In this document: positions 17,306 through 23,501 of the stretch, piece after piece
Numbering within the stretch: position 1 is the stretch's first letter
Layout: each line of letters begins with the position of its first letter
IMG/VR virus record: IMGVR_UViG_3300012948_000002
Coordinates: 1 to 47,488 of that record
Direction: 5' to 3' (one strand)
Source of the DNA: a virus
Length of the DNA stretch: 47,488 nt
Translations under genes and position numbers: made by a program
The notes under the pieces: model-generated
The model's database searches: none
Told to the model about the DNA's origin: nothing
The model's input: only the letters and a program-made list of their open reading frames with translations

Positions 17306-17559
17306 TAGTATTTCTTGATCCCCGCGGTGGATGCCCGCCGCATTAGGTTTGTGAAGTCTCGGTAGTTTGTCGACTCGAGAGTAGGTGTATTCCGCTGGGC
17401 CGCAAACGTATCATCAAGCGCACCCGTCACATTCCCGTAGGTCTCCTCAGGGCTCTGCCGCCACTCCGACCTGTCGTACCACTTCCGCAGCCTCGAGATG
17501 CGCGGCGTGTGGCGTGGATACTTAACCTGGTACTGCTTGACGTTGTTGATAGCCTTCAC
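17305..17559 (-). CDS. Hypothetical protein (84 aa, GTG start)
   Basis: The track ORF reads MKAINNVKQYQVKYPRHTPRISRLRKWY... The GTG start overlaps the upstream stop (GTGA). Confidence 0.5.
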   Translation of the reverse strand: MKAINNVKQYQVKYPRHTPRISRLRKWYDRSEWRQSPEETYGNVTGALDDTFAAQRNTPTLESTNYRDFTNLMRRASTAGIKKY

Positions 17560-17696
17560 GGGAGGGCTCCTCCGGCGCCGTCGGCGTTTGGCACGCGGGT
17601 TGAACGGGGGACCTTCTTCCGTGGCTTTGGCTCCTTCATTGTACGTACTTGCTGGACGAATGCGGCCTTTTGGGCCTTGCTGAACTTCTTCGCCAT
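17556..17696 (-). CDS. Basic 46-aa micro-protein
   Basis: Manual translation gives MAKKFSKAQKAAFVQQVRTMKEPKPRKKVPRSTRVPNADGAGGALP. Confidence 0.4.
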   Translation of the reverse strand: MAKKFSKAQKAAFVQQVRTMKEPKPRKKVPRSTRVPNADGAGGALP

Positions 17697-17697
17697 G

Positions 17698-17763
17698 CTA
17701 ATACCCTGGCATGGGCATGGGTGGCTTCTTCTTGGGCTTGGGCTTCTTAACTGTCTTGGCCAT
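17698..17763 (-). CDS. Lys/Pro-rich 21-aa micro-ORF
   Basis: Manual translation gives MAKTVKKPKPKKKPPMPMPGY. The start overlaps the upstream stop (TGATG). It is very short, so support is weak. Confidence 0.25.
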   Translation of the reverse strand: MAKTVKKPKPKKKPPMPMPGY

Positions 17764-17945
17764 CACCCTTTCCTCAGTTTGCTAAGAGTTTGAGCGAATC
17801 GCGCTCGCTGTCCAATCTTGCCGCCCTTCGCTGCTGCCGCCGCTATCTTCGACTTCGGGATCTTCTGTCCCTGTGGGACTCCCAGATCTCGATGCAACTG
17901 CCCGGGCTTCTTGATTGCCTTCTGGATAAACTTCTTGTCGGCCAT
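17763..17945 (-). CDS. Lys-rich 60-aa protein (MADKKFIQKAIKKPGQLHRDLGVPQGQKIP...)
   Basis: The start was refined to ATG 17945, with GAGAGGG 5 nt upstream. It lies entirely inside the out-of-frame tail of 17782..18459. Confidence 0.55.
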   Translation of the reverse strand: MADKKFIQKAIKKPGQLHRDLGVPQGQKIPKSKIAAAAAKGGKIGQRARFAQTLSKLRKG

Positions 17946-18459
17946 CAGCCCTCTCGCCGGAGCCCCGCCACCCCACCCCGCCCCGGTTTTGGGGCGTGAT
18001 ATCAATGGCCTTATGCTCCTGCAGCACTTGGGCCACGCGGCCTAGGGCTTCCGAATCTATGGTATGAGTGACCTCGGTTTGGATCTTGGTTGGCGCGCGC
18101 TTTCCAGCGCGGTCGAGAATGTCCTGCGCCGTGGTGGCAGCTCCGAGCTGCGCACGGACGGATTCTTTTTGTTCAAACAACCGTTCCATCACCTCCTTCT
18201 CAATGTAGAAGGCTCGGTTGGCTGTGTGTGTGATCGCGTCGTCGAGAACCTTCGCTCCGTGCTTGATATCGTCTGCAAACGTCGCCTCGATGGCAAGCAA
18301 ATAGCGCGCAACACGCGGGCGATTGAGTATCCCTTTGATGGTCATGTAATCGACATCAATGAAATGCCCAATCGTCTGCTCTGACATGCCAGACGCACGC
18401 ATGAGTGCCACGCGGCGCTCGAGGGGCTCAAGATCGCGGTAGTCGAGGTGGCGGCTCAT
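17782..18459 (-). CDS. HTH protein, candidate small terminase subunit
   Basis: 225-aa ORF. The N-terminal helix-turn-helix is MSEQTIGHFIDVDYMTIKGIL and the middle is helical. The last ~60 aa (NRGGVGWRGSGERADGRQ...) look like out-of-frame read-through. The function is positional inference. Confidence 0.45.
   Translation of the reverse strand: MSRHLDYRDLEPLERRVALMRASGMSEQTIGHFIDVDYMTIKGILNRPRVARYLLAIEATFADDIKHGAKVLDDAITHTANRAFYIEKEVMERLFEQKESVRAQLGAATTAQDILDRAGKRAPTKIQTEVTHTIDSEALGRVAQVLQEHKAIDITPQNRGGVGWRGSGERADGRQEVYPEGNQEARAVASRSGSPTGTEDPEVEDSGGSSEGRQDWTASAIRSNS
17963..17984 (-). repeat. Canonical G-quadruplex motif on the sense strand (GGGGcGGGGtGGGGtggcGGGG)
   Basis: The plus strand reads ccccgccaccccaccccgcccc. 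The motif is 18 nt upstream of ATG 17945 and shares GCGGGGTGGGG...TCCGGC with the 1679-1704 element. Confidence 0.6.
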
Positions 18460-19247
18460 CTTTGTCGAAGCCTTCTCAGGATAGCTTCGTACTGCTCGAG
18501 AGAAACTGGTTGTGGCAAAGTCTGTGGAGTAATTCTTGGTGGTGTTGGGGTCTCTTCAAGCGGAGGAGCCGTGGGGCTCAGAACCTTCCTCCGCTGGGGA
18601 GTCATATGTTGTGTGGGATCGCCGTGCCAATAGCTCTTTGGGCCACTCTCTCTAAGTGGCAGGGTCCTCGAGACGACCTCAGCCCCGGATTTTGCCCGAG
18701 CGCCCGTCACACGCGCAAATGTGACTGACTCGAGCTCAGGAAACTGCTGAAGAAGCTCATCCTTGATGTGAATGAGATGCCCAGGCCCAACACCCTTGGG
18801 CAGGCGGGCGCCCATGAAGTCTATGTGCGCGTTCTTGCCCGTTCTATCAATGGTGGCCCACAAGTCACCATATCGCTCGTCGGTTTGGCGATCGAGTATG
18901 GGAATTCGATAGCTCTTGCTTCCCCCATATCCCGATCCGAGCTTACTCTCTTCGGCCTCACCCCACTTGAGCCGGGGATCCCTGATGTATTCAGGATTGA
19001 AGCCACCTGGGCTGTACGCCCTGTTAGCAAGATCAAGAAGCTCGCCCAAGCGATCAAGACCAGCACCTCGCAGAAGCTTGCCATAAGGTACCCGACTGAG
19101 CGCATAGTCCACACCAAGCTGAGCGCCCGTGCTTAGATATGGGTGACGCTCCGACCAATCCTGGTACATCTGGGCCATACTAGGTCCTGACGCTTCGGGA
19201 GGCGCTAGGTCAGTCAGCGTCTCGTACTGACGGTTCATAGCCGCCAT
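18456..19247 (-). CDS. Hypothetical protein (263 aa)
   Basis: The start was refined to ATG 19247 (MAAMNRQYETL...), 10 nt after the upstream stop. The alternative start at 19301 would overlap by 44 nt. Confidence 0.6.
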   Translation of the reverse strand: MAAMNRQYETLTDLAPPEASGPSMAQMYQDWSERHPYLSTGAQLGVDYALSRVPYGKLLRGAGLDRLGELLDLANRAYSPGGFNPEYIRDPRLKWGEAEESKLGSGYGGSKSYRIPILDRQTDERYGDLWATIDRTGKNAHIDFMGARLPKGVGPGHLIHIKDELLQQFPELESVTFARVTGARAKSGAEVVSRTLPLRESGPKSYWHGDPTQHMTPQRRKVLSPTAPPLEETPTPPRITPQTLPQPVSLEQYEAILRRLRQR

Positions 19248-19257
19248 GTTCCCGAGA

Positions 19258-19929
19258 TCATCCACCGTAGTATTGCTCCGCAGCGCGCCGCCGGACCGCA
19301 AGCGTGCTCCCTAGGTCGAGCGGGCGCTCTACAAATCGACCGAACCTCTCCGCTATGTCTGCCGGCGAGCCACCCGGCTTGAAAGCCGCTCGATAATTTC
19401 CTCGCTCATCTGTGCCACCATACGCGACTGAATCTCCCGTGCGCTCTAAGTTCGCGTAGTCCATTTGGGTCTCAAGATCGTTTATATCTAGGCCGTGGAC
19501 GGTGGCATAGTTCCTGAGGCCCTGCAGGCGCTGCCCATTCCATTGCAAGAGACCAAAACTCTGCTCGCCTGGCACGTTCGATGGGATGGACCTAAAGCCG
19601 CTCTCCACATGAACATTGCCCGCGGCGCCAGCAGCTTCTTCAGGCTTCCACCCACGCTTCACCATGCCACGAATGAAATCTGACGCTCCCGGATATCGTT
19701 CAACCCGCATCCTGAGGCCCATTGGCTTGGGCTGCTCTTCCTCGTCGGGCTCGGGCTTTCTCTTGCGAGCTGGTGTTTCCGGTGGCTCCGGCGGCTCTGG
19801 TGGCGGCGGCGGACGGTATAGCTCCCGGCGTAGTGGTGAATCTTCGTCCTCGTAGCCAGTCTTGAACATGCTTCGTAGCAGCGCCTGGATCTGCCGATCC
19901 CGCTCAGCGTTTAGGTCGATTTTAGGCAC
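19258..19929 (-). CDS. Peptidoglycan hydrolase with phage-tail-lysozyme-type domain, probably virion-associated
   Basis: 223 aa with a GTG start. The domain signature is AAGAAGNVHVESGFRS...SFGLLQWNGQRLQGL. There is a Pro/Glu-rich linker. The N-terminal 22 aa resemble those of the 574-aa internal protein. Confidence 0.65.
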   Translation of the reverse strand: MPKIDLNAERDRQIQALLRSMFKTGYEDEDSPLRRELYRPPPPPEPPEPPETPARKRKPEPDEEEQPKPMGLRMRVERYPGASDFIRGMVKRGWKPEEAAGAAGNVHVESGFRSIPSNVPGEQSFGLLQWNGQRLQGLRNYATVHGLDINDLETQMDYANLERTGDSVAYGGTDERGNYRAAFKPGGSPADIAERFGRFVERPLDLGSTLAVRRRAAEQYYGG

Positions 19930-20098
19930 GAGAGAACCACGTCTGATCGTGCAAGTCTAGGCCCCGGATGACCTGAGTCTCGGTTGTGCCGTGGCAGTGG
20001 ACTACGTAATGCACGTCGTTCGAGAATGGGTCGACGAATCGTTCGACTTTCTCGACGCCGCGGTTACACACCGCGCAGAAGGGCCACTCAAACTCCAT
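19922..20098 (-). CDS. Small zinc-binding protein (58 aa)
   Basis: Manual translation gives MEFEWPFCAVCNRGVEKVERFVDPFSNDVHYVVHCHGTTETQVIRGLDLHDQTWFSRA. It is TAATG-coupled upstream and overlaps downstream by 8 nt. Confidence 0.45.
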   Translation of the reverse strand: MEFEWPFCAVCNRGVEKVERFVDPFSNDVHYVVHCHGTTETQVIRGLDLHDQTWFSRA

Positions 20099-20289
20099 TA
20101 GACTGCGGGCGTCTTCCCACCACCGGTCGTACGAAACCGCGTTGGACGCTTGCCGGCAGATTGGGAGGCACGTAAGCCCTTGGCGAGCCCCGTCAGGGCT
20201 CGACCTTGGCCAGTGCCGATATAGCTTTTTAGCTCATCTTCGGGATTCTTGAAGCTCTTCTGAGCGAGAGGATTCTTCTTGATGTTCAC
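20098..20289 (-). CDS. Hypothetical basic protein
   Basis: 63-aa ORF, 4-nt coupled. Confidence 0.5.
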   Translation of the reverse strand: MNIKKNPLAQKSFKNPEDELKSYIGTGQGRALTGLAKGLRASQSAGKRPTRFRTTGGGKTPAV

Positions 20290-20504
20290 TTGCCGCTCCT
20301 TCGGAGCGCTCGGGCTCTCGCTTGCACGGCTTTGCCGCTAGTTGGCTTCCCGCCCTTCACGTGACCGGGCAGCTTCTTGGTTTTGGTCGCTGCGAAGTCC
20401 CGAAGCTGCTTCTTGGTCATGTCGACCTTGGTTGGTTCGCCGGCTTTCGCCTTCCCGTACTCCATGCCCATAAAGTGCTGCTGGGCTTTGCTGACGCTAG
20501 GCAT
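20286..20504 (-). CDS. DUF3008-like small protein
   Basis: The start was refined to ATG 20504 (AAGGGG 6 nt upstream). The sequence MPSVSKAQQHFMGMEYGKAKAGEP...MTKKQLRDFAATKTKKLP follows the DUF3008 pattern as I recall it. Confidence 0.5.
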   Translation of the reverse strand: MPSVSKAQQHFMGMEYGKAKAGEPTKVDMTKKQLRDFAATKTKKLPGHVKGGKPTSGKAVQARARALRRSGK

Positions 20505-21081
20505 TGGCAACCCCTTGTAGGTGCGTGATGGCATTCAGGAACCTGACTGCGTACCCCTGAATGGTTGATGCTTGGTCGAGTCCGTTCACGATCTTGCGCG
20601 CGTTGTAGAAGTCGGTCTGTGAGTCATTGATATACTTGGGGAGCCCAACACCGGTAAAGTCACCGTCTGCCATGCCCCCAAAGATGATCTGCGTCGCGAC
20701 TTGCAGATCGAGGGCTGTGTCGGCCACCTTGACGAGTTGGTTGTTGAGCTTGAGCTTCTTGTCTTGCTTGACGTAGTTGTCGTACCACGTGAGCTGAACG
20801 AAGCCACGGCCGTAATAAACTTGGTTGTACGGCCCGTCGGGTTGGCCGTACGGCTTGCCCTTCCCTTTGCCGTATTCGGCAATGGGCTGCATGGTTAGCG
20901 CCGTTTCGTGGTACGTGGTAGCCAGGAGATATGCGAGCCAACGGTCATCCCAGGATTGCATCTCACCATAGTCGAGGAGAACAGTCTGGCCGTCGACTTG
21001 GGTCTGCTTCATGGAGCCGCTGAAGAGGGATCCGCGGACGGAATCGAAGTAGTATTTGCGATTGATTGGCCCAGCACTCAT
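20497..21081 (-). CDS. Endolysin, glycoside hydrolase family 19 (chitinase-like lysozyme)
   Basis: 194 aa. LLATTYHETALTM...YYGRGFVQLTWYDNY matches the GH19 catalytic core (HET...YxGRGxxQLTxxxNY). Confidence 0.8.
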   Translation of the reverse strand: MSAGPINRKYYFDSVRGSLFSGSMKQTQVDGQTVLLDYGEMQSWDDRWLAYLLATTYHETALTMQPIAEYGKGKGKPYGQPDGPYNQVYYGRGFVQLTWYDNYVKQDKKLKLNNQLVKVADTALDLQVATQIIFGGMADGDFTGVGLPKYINDSQTDFYNARKIVNGLDQASTIQGYAVRFLNAITHLQGVANA

Positions 21082-21401
21082 TGCGGCTCCTCGTAGCTTG
21101 TGTCCTTCCCATACTTCTTCTGTAGAAGGAACTCCTTCATCATGCGAGTCTGTTCTTCAAGCGCAGCGGTGTGTTTCTTCATCTCTTCTAACTGACTCTG
21201 CTGCACCCCATTGAAGACCTCGATGGCTCGGGCATTGTTTTCCATGCGGCTGACGATGGAGCCCATGTCGGTGGTAAAGCGCCCTAGAATAAACCACAGT
21301 AGGACCCCAGCGACCACGACTGGGAAGCCTACTTGAACAATAACGCGAGATGCAACATCTACCCAGCCCTGGCCGGGCACCTGTAGGCCGCCATTAGCCA
21401 T
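21078..21401 (-). CDS. Membrane-anchored coiled-coil protein (holin / i-spanin-like)
   Basis: 107 aa with one N-terminal TM segment (VIVQVGFPVVVAGVLLWFILGRF) followed by a coiled coil. It is ATGA-coupled to the endolysin. Confidence 0.6.
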   Translation of the reverse strand: MANGGLQVPGQGWVDVASRVIVQVGFPVVVAGVLLWFILGRFTTDMGSIVSRMENNARAIEVFNGVQQSQLEEMKKHTAALEEQTRMMKEFLLQKKYGKDTSYEEPQ

Positions 21402-21594
21402 ACACCGGTGGGCTGGACATGCCGATACGGGCGGGGATCAACCCGACCAGGGAGAGAAGCCACAGGATGACGGCGATGACTATGACGACGCGGATGACTT
21501 GCTTGATGGCTGGGTCGAGTGGGAGCAGAGATTCCACGAGATAGAGGACCAGCCCAATTACGATTAGGACGACTATGAGTTGAATGAGCGGCAT
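21394..21594 (-). CDS. Small two-TM membrane protein (holin candidate)
   Basis: The start was refined to ATG 21594. The protein is MPLIQLIVVLIVIGLVLYLVESLLPLDPAIKQVIRVVIVIAVILWLLSLVGLI... (66 aa). Confidence 0.6.
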   Translation of the reverse strand: MPLIQLIVVLIVIGLVLYLVESLLPLDPAIKQVIRVVIVIAVILWLLSLVGLIPARIGMSSPPVYG

Positions 21595-21596
21595 GG

Positions 21597-21800
21597 CTAC
21601 GGTATTGGGTGCGTGTCGTCGTCCGTCGTCCACTTCGTGACGGGACCGGCGGGCGTGTCGATGTTCTGGTTCTTCCAGGTGAAGAAGTTGTAGTTGACGA
21701 AGAGGGCCTGGTTGGCGCCCCCACCGAGCCACCGACGAACCATGCAGGGATAGTTATTTGCGAGTTGGGCTATGCCCGCGTCGGGCGTCGGGGCAGCCAT
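21597..21800 (-). CDS. Hypothetical protein
   Basis: 67-aa ORF, TAATG-coupled upstream. Confidence 0.45.
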   Translation of the reverse strand: MAAPTPDAGIAQLANNYPCMVRRWLGGGANQALFVNYNFFTWKNQNIDTPAGPVTKWTTDDDTHPIP

Positions 21801-22132
21801 TACGCTGCCTTCTTTGGCTCGAGGAGCTTGTCAACGTCGCCGGTGACTTCCTCGGACTTCTTGTGCTTGTGCTTCAGCTCACCCTTGTCATCGCGCTCAA
21901 CGATCGCAGCAAGGACTTCCTCCATCTCCAACGGCGCGGGTTGGGGGCGGAGAGCCACCATGTATTCGATTGCCGCGCGGGTGAGTTGGCTTTCAGTGAG
22001 GGTGCCGTCTGCGCCGTGCCCGTCGGCCTTGTTGATGGCCTTCTTTGCGTCGGCTTGGTTTGTGGGCTTGGTTGCTGGGTCGGGCTTCCCGCCCACGTCT
22101 TGGTGCTCTGTCACGTTCTTGACGGTTGCCAT
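21800..22132 (-). CDS. Hypothetical Lys/Asp-rich protein
   Basis: 110 aa. AGGAGGGAG lies about 7 nt upstream of ATG 22132. It is the first gene after the 22357-22389 terminator. Confidence 0.55.
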   Translation of the reverse strand: MATVKNVTEHQDVGGKPDPATKPTNQADAKKAINKADGHGADGTLTESQLTRAAIEYMVALRPQPAPLEMEEVLAAIVERDDKGELKHKHKKSEEVTGDVDKLLEPKKAA

Positions 22133-22279
22133 GGTGCTCTCCCTCCTCTAGGGAAGAAGAGTATGCAAGGATCGTGCCAGTCTGCTGGCAAGGTTTGAAA
22201 TTGCGCGAGTGCCGCTTTCTATAGGATTGTCAAAAATTGTTGCGCTGTTATGAGGGAGGGTACCCTGCGGGTCCCGCGG

Positions 22280-22305
22280 TTGACGCGACGCGTCGGGGGC
22301 GTCAA
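22280..22305. promoter_or_regulatory. Operator-like nested palindrome TTGACGC-gacgcgtc-gggg-GCGTCAA
   Basis: The 7-nt arms lie at 22280-22286 and 22299-22305. They enclose a perfect 10-nt palindrome, cgacgcgtcg, at 22286-22295. The site is in the 270-bp gap upstream of the lysis/late genes. Confidence 0.4.
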
Positions 22306-22356
22306 GCCTTATAACTTGCTATAGCCAGATTCCAGGCCAGTGCTATATCATCCGGC

Positions 22357-22389
22357 AAAAAAAACGGGGGCCAGGTTGCCCTGGCCCCC
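22357..22389 (-). terminator. Rho-independent terminator of the first leftward gene
   Basis: The minus strand reads GGGGGCCAGG-gcaa-CCTGGCCCCC followed by TTTTTTTT: a 10-bp GC stem, a 4-nt loop and a U8 tract. It begins 16 nt after the stop at 22405. Confidence 0.85.
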
Positions 22390-22404
22390 GTGCCAAGAGT
22401 TGGC

Positions 22405-22758
22405 CTACTTCTTGCTCTTGCTCTCGGTCTCGGTCTTCGGCTCGGACTCCGGCTCGGACTCGACCTCGGTCCCCTCGACCTCGAAATCGGCCGGGTTGGC
22501 GAGCACGTGGGCCGTGTACTCCGCCAGCGTCTCCGTGCCCGTCTTGAGGCACGCCCGGGCCAACTCGATGCCCATCTCAGCGACCATCTCACCGACCTTC
22601 TTGACCCCCGCATCCTCCCGCGGCGCGTCCGGGTTGAAATCCAGCTTCCTCATCAGGTCCTTGAAGTTGCTCTGGAGGTCGCCGGTGAGGCGGATGTACG
22701 ACCCGCCCTTGATCTGCTCCTTCGCCTTCTTCCCCTCGTTGCGGACTAGACCTGCCAT
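22405..22758 (-). CDS. First leftward gene: 117-aa protein with a basic N-terminus and acidic C-terminus
   Basis: The start was refined to ATG 22758, with AAGGAG 7 nt upstream. The protein reads MAGLVRNEGKKAKEQIKGGSYIRLTGDL...EVEGTEVESEPESEPKTETESKSKK. It has its own terminator. Confidence 0.65.
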   Translation of the reverse strand: MAGLVRNEGKKAKEQIKGGSYIRLTGDLQSNFKDLMRKLDFNPDAPREDAGVKKVGEMVAEMGIELARACLKTGTETLAEYTAHVLANPADFEVEGTEVESEPESEPKTETESKSKK

Positions 22759-23019
22759 CTTCGGACTCCTTTTGGGACGGGCTTTCTGCCGGTCCCGGTT
22801 TGTTGCCCGGGCAACATGCCCGGACAAGTGGACGATATATCCGGCCGCAACCAGTGTCAAGCTCTTTTTGAGCCCCAGCGAAAAAAAATTCCTCTAGCAC
22901 ATCCCGTGCCACGGATGAGCCTCGGGCAATCTCGCGCGGCCCTGGCTCGAGCTGGCATGAGTCCTGCTAGGGACACGCCCGGCCCAGGGCCAACGCCCGG
23001 ACGGGAACCCGGCGGGCCC

Positions 23020-23089
23020 GGCCGCTGGTCAGGCCGCTGGTCATCGCGACGGCCCTCGAGCAAGCCAACCGGCAAGGCGGGCCGCTGGT
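23020..23089. repeat. Iteron-like direct repeats GGCCGCTGGTCA x2 (tandem) plus GGCCGCTGGT
   Basis: Perfect tandem 12-mers at 23020-23031 and 23032-23043, with a third 10-nt copy at 23080-23089. They sit in a very GC-rich non-coding stretch. Confidence 0.7.
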
Positions 23090-23101
23090 TGGTCTCGTGT
23101 A

Positions 23102-23119
23102 GCTTCAATTCATTGAAAC
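23102..23119. repeat. Palindromic element GCTTCA-attcat-TGAAac (family member C)
   Basis: It shares the 16-mer gcttcaRttcattgaa with 17031-17046. Confidence 0.65.
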
Positions 23120-23174
23120 GCCAACAAGACGATTCATGTCGCGATTTCGTAATAGCGCTCAGGGTAAAAGATAA

Positions 23175-23369
23175 TGGTGAGGTATTCTGGATTGCCTTGT
23201 GTGTTGCTGTTGACCTCTCGCGGCAGCGCTCCCAGTCCGCATCCCAGTCCCTCTCCTAAGTTGTAAGTTAACAAAAAAATATAAAATACGTTATTGATTG
23301 TGGATGATGAGAGGACGCTTCTCGATCGTGACCAACCGCAACACACAAGGGGATTCAGAATACCTCACC
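23175..23369. promoter_or_regulatory. Divergent control region: 32-nt inverted repeat (29/32) flanking an AT-rich core
   Basis: The left arm at 23176-23207 is ggtgaggtattctggattgccttgtgtgttgc. The right arm at 23337-23368 is gcaacacacaaggggattcagaatacctcacc. The core at 23255-23300 (ctaagttgtaagttaacaaaaaaatataaaatacgttattgattg) is the most AT-rich stretch in the window. Confidence 0.7.
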
Positions 23370-23501
23370 AATAGCAAGTACACACAGACGCCAACGAATC
23401 GCCCCAGCTCGGAGTCACCAACTCACAATCGAGTGGTCCCAGAATTGCATTGGTACCCACCCGGTACTAACCGCGTTCAAGCCGACGCATAGGAGCCCAC
23501 A

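Noticed and set aside
17782-18005. Alternative genetic code (stop-codon reassignment) as the explanation for the long overlaps
   Set aside because: TAA (for example 8115-8117), TGA (2471-2473) and TAG (27918-27920) all end well-supported genes exactly at coupled junctions. Standard code 11 therefore fits.
22211-22233. CCTATAGAAAG, which resembles the 3' end of SP6/T7-type promoters (CTATAGAAG), plus a second CTATAGCAAG at 22317-22326
   Set aside because: The genome has no single-subunit RNA polymerase gene: the largest ORF is the 754-aa DNA polymerase. The upstream bases do not match any phage-RNAP promoter consensus.
23020-23043. Tandem 12-mers as a possible CRISPR array
   Set aside because: There are only two abutting copies with no spacers. 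The repeat is far too short, and the genome has no cas genes other than a recombination-type Cas4-like nuclease.
22816-23259. ORFs of 147 aa (+) and 83 aa (-, 22857..23108) inside the control region
   Set aside because: The translations are Pro/Gly/Arg low-complexity strings produced by the GC-rich direct repeats (for example DDQRPDQRPG). They lack RBSs. The region is better explained as non-coding ori/promoter DNA.
23461-23492. GTTCAAGCC, a T-loop-like string, as part of a tRNA
   Set aside because: No acceptor, D or anticodon stems can be drawn around it. I found no tRNA-like cloverleaf in any intergenic region.
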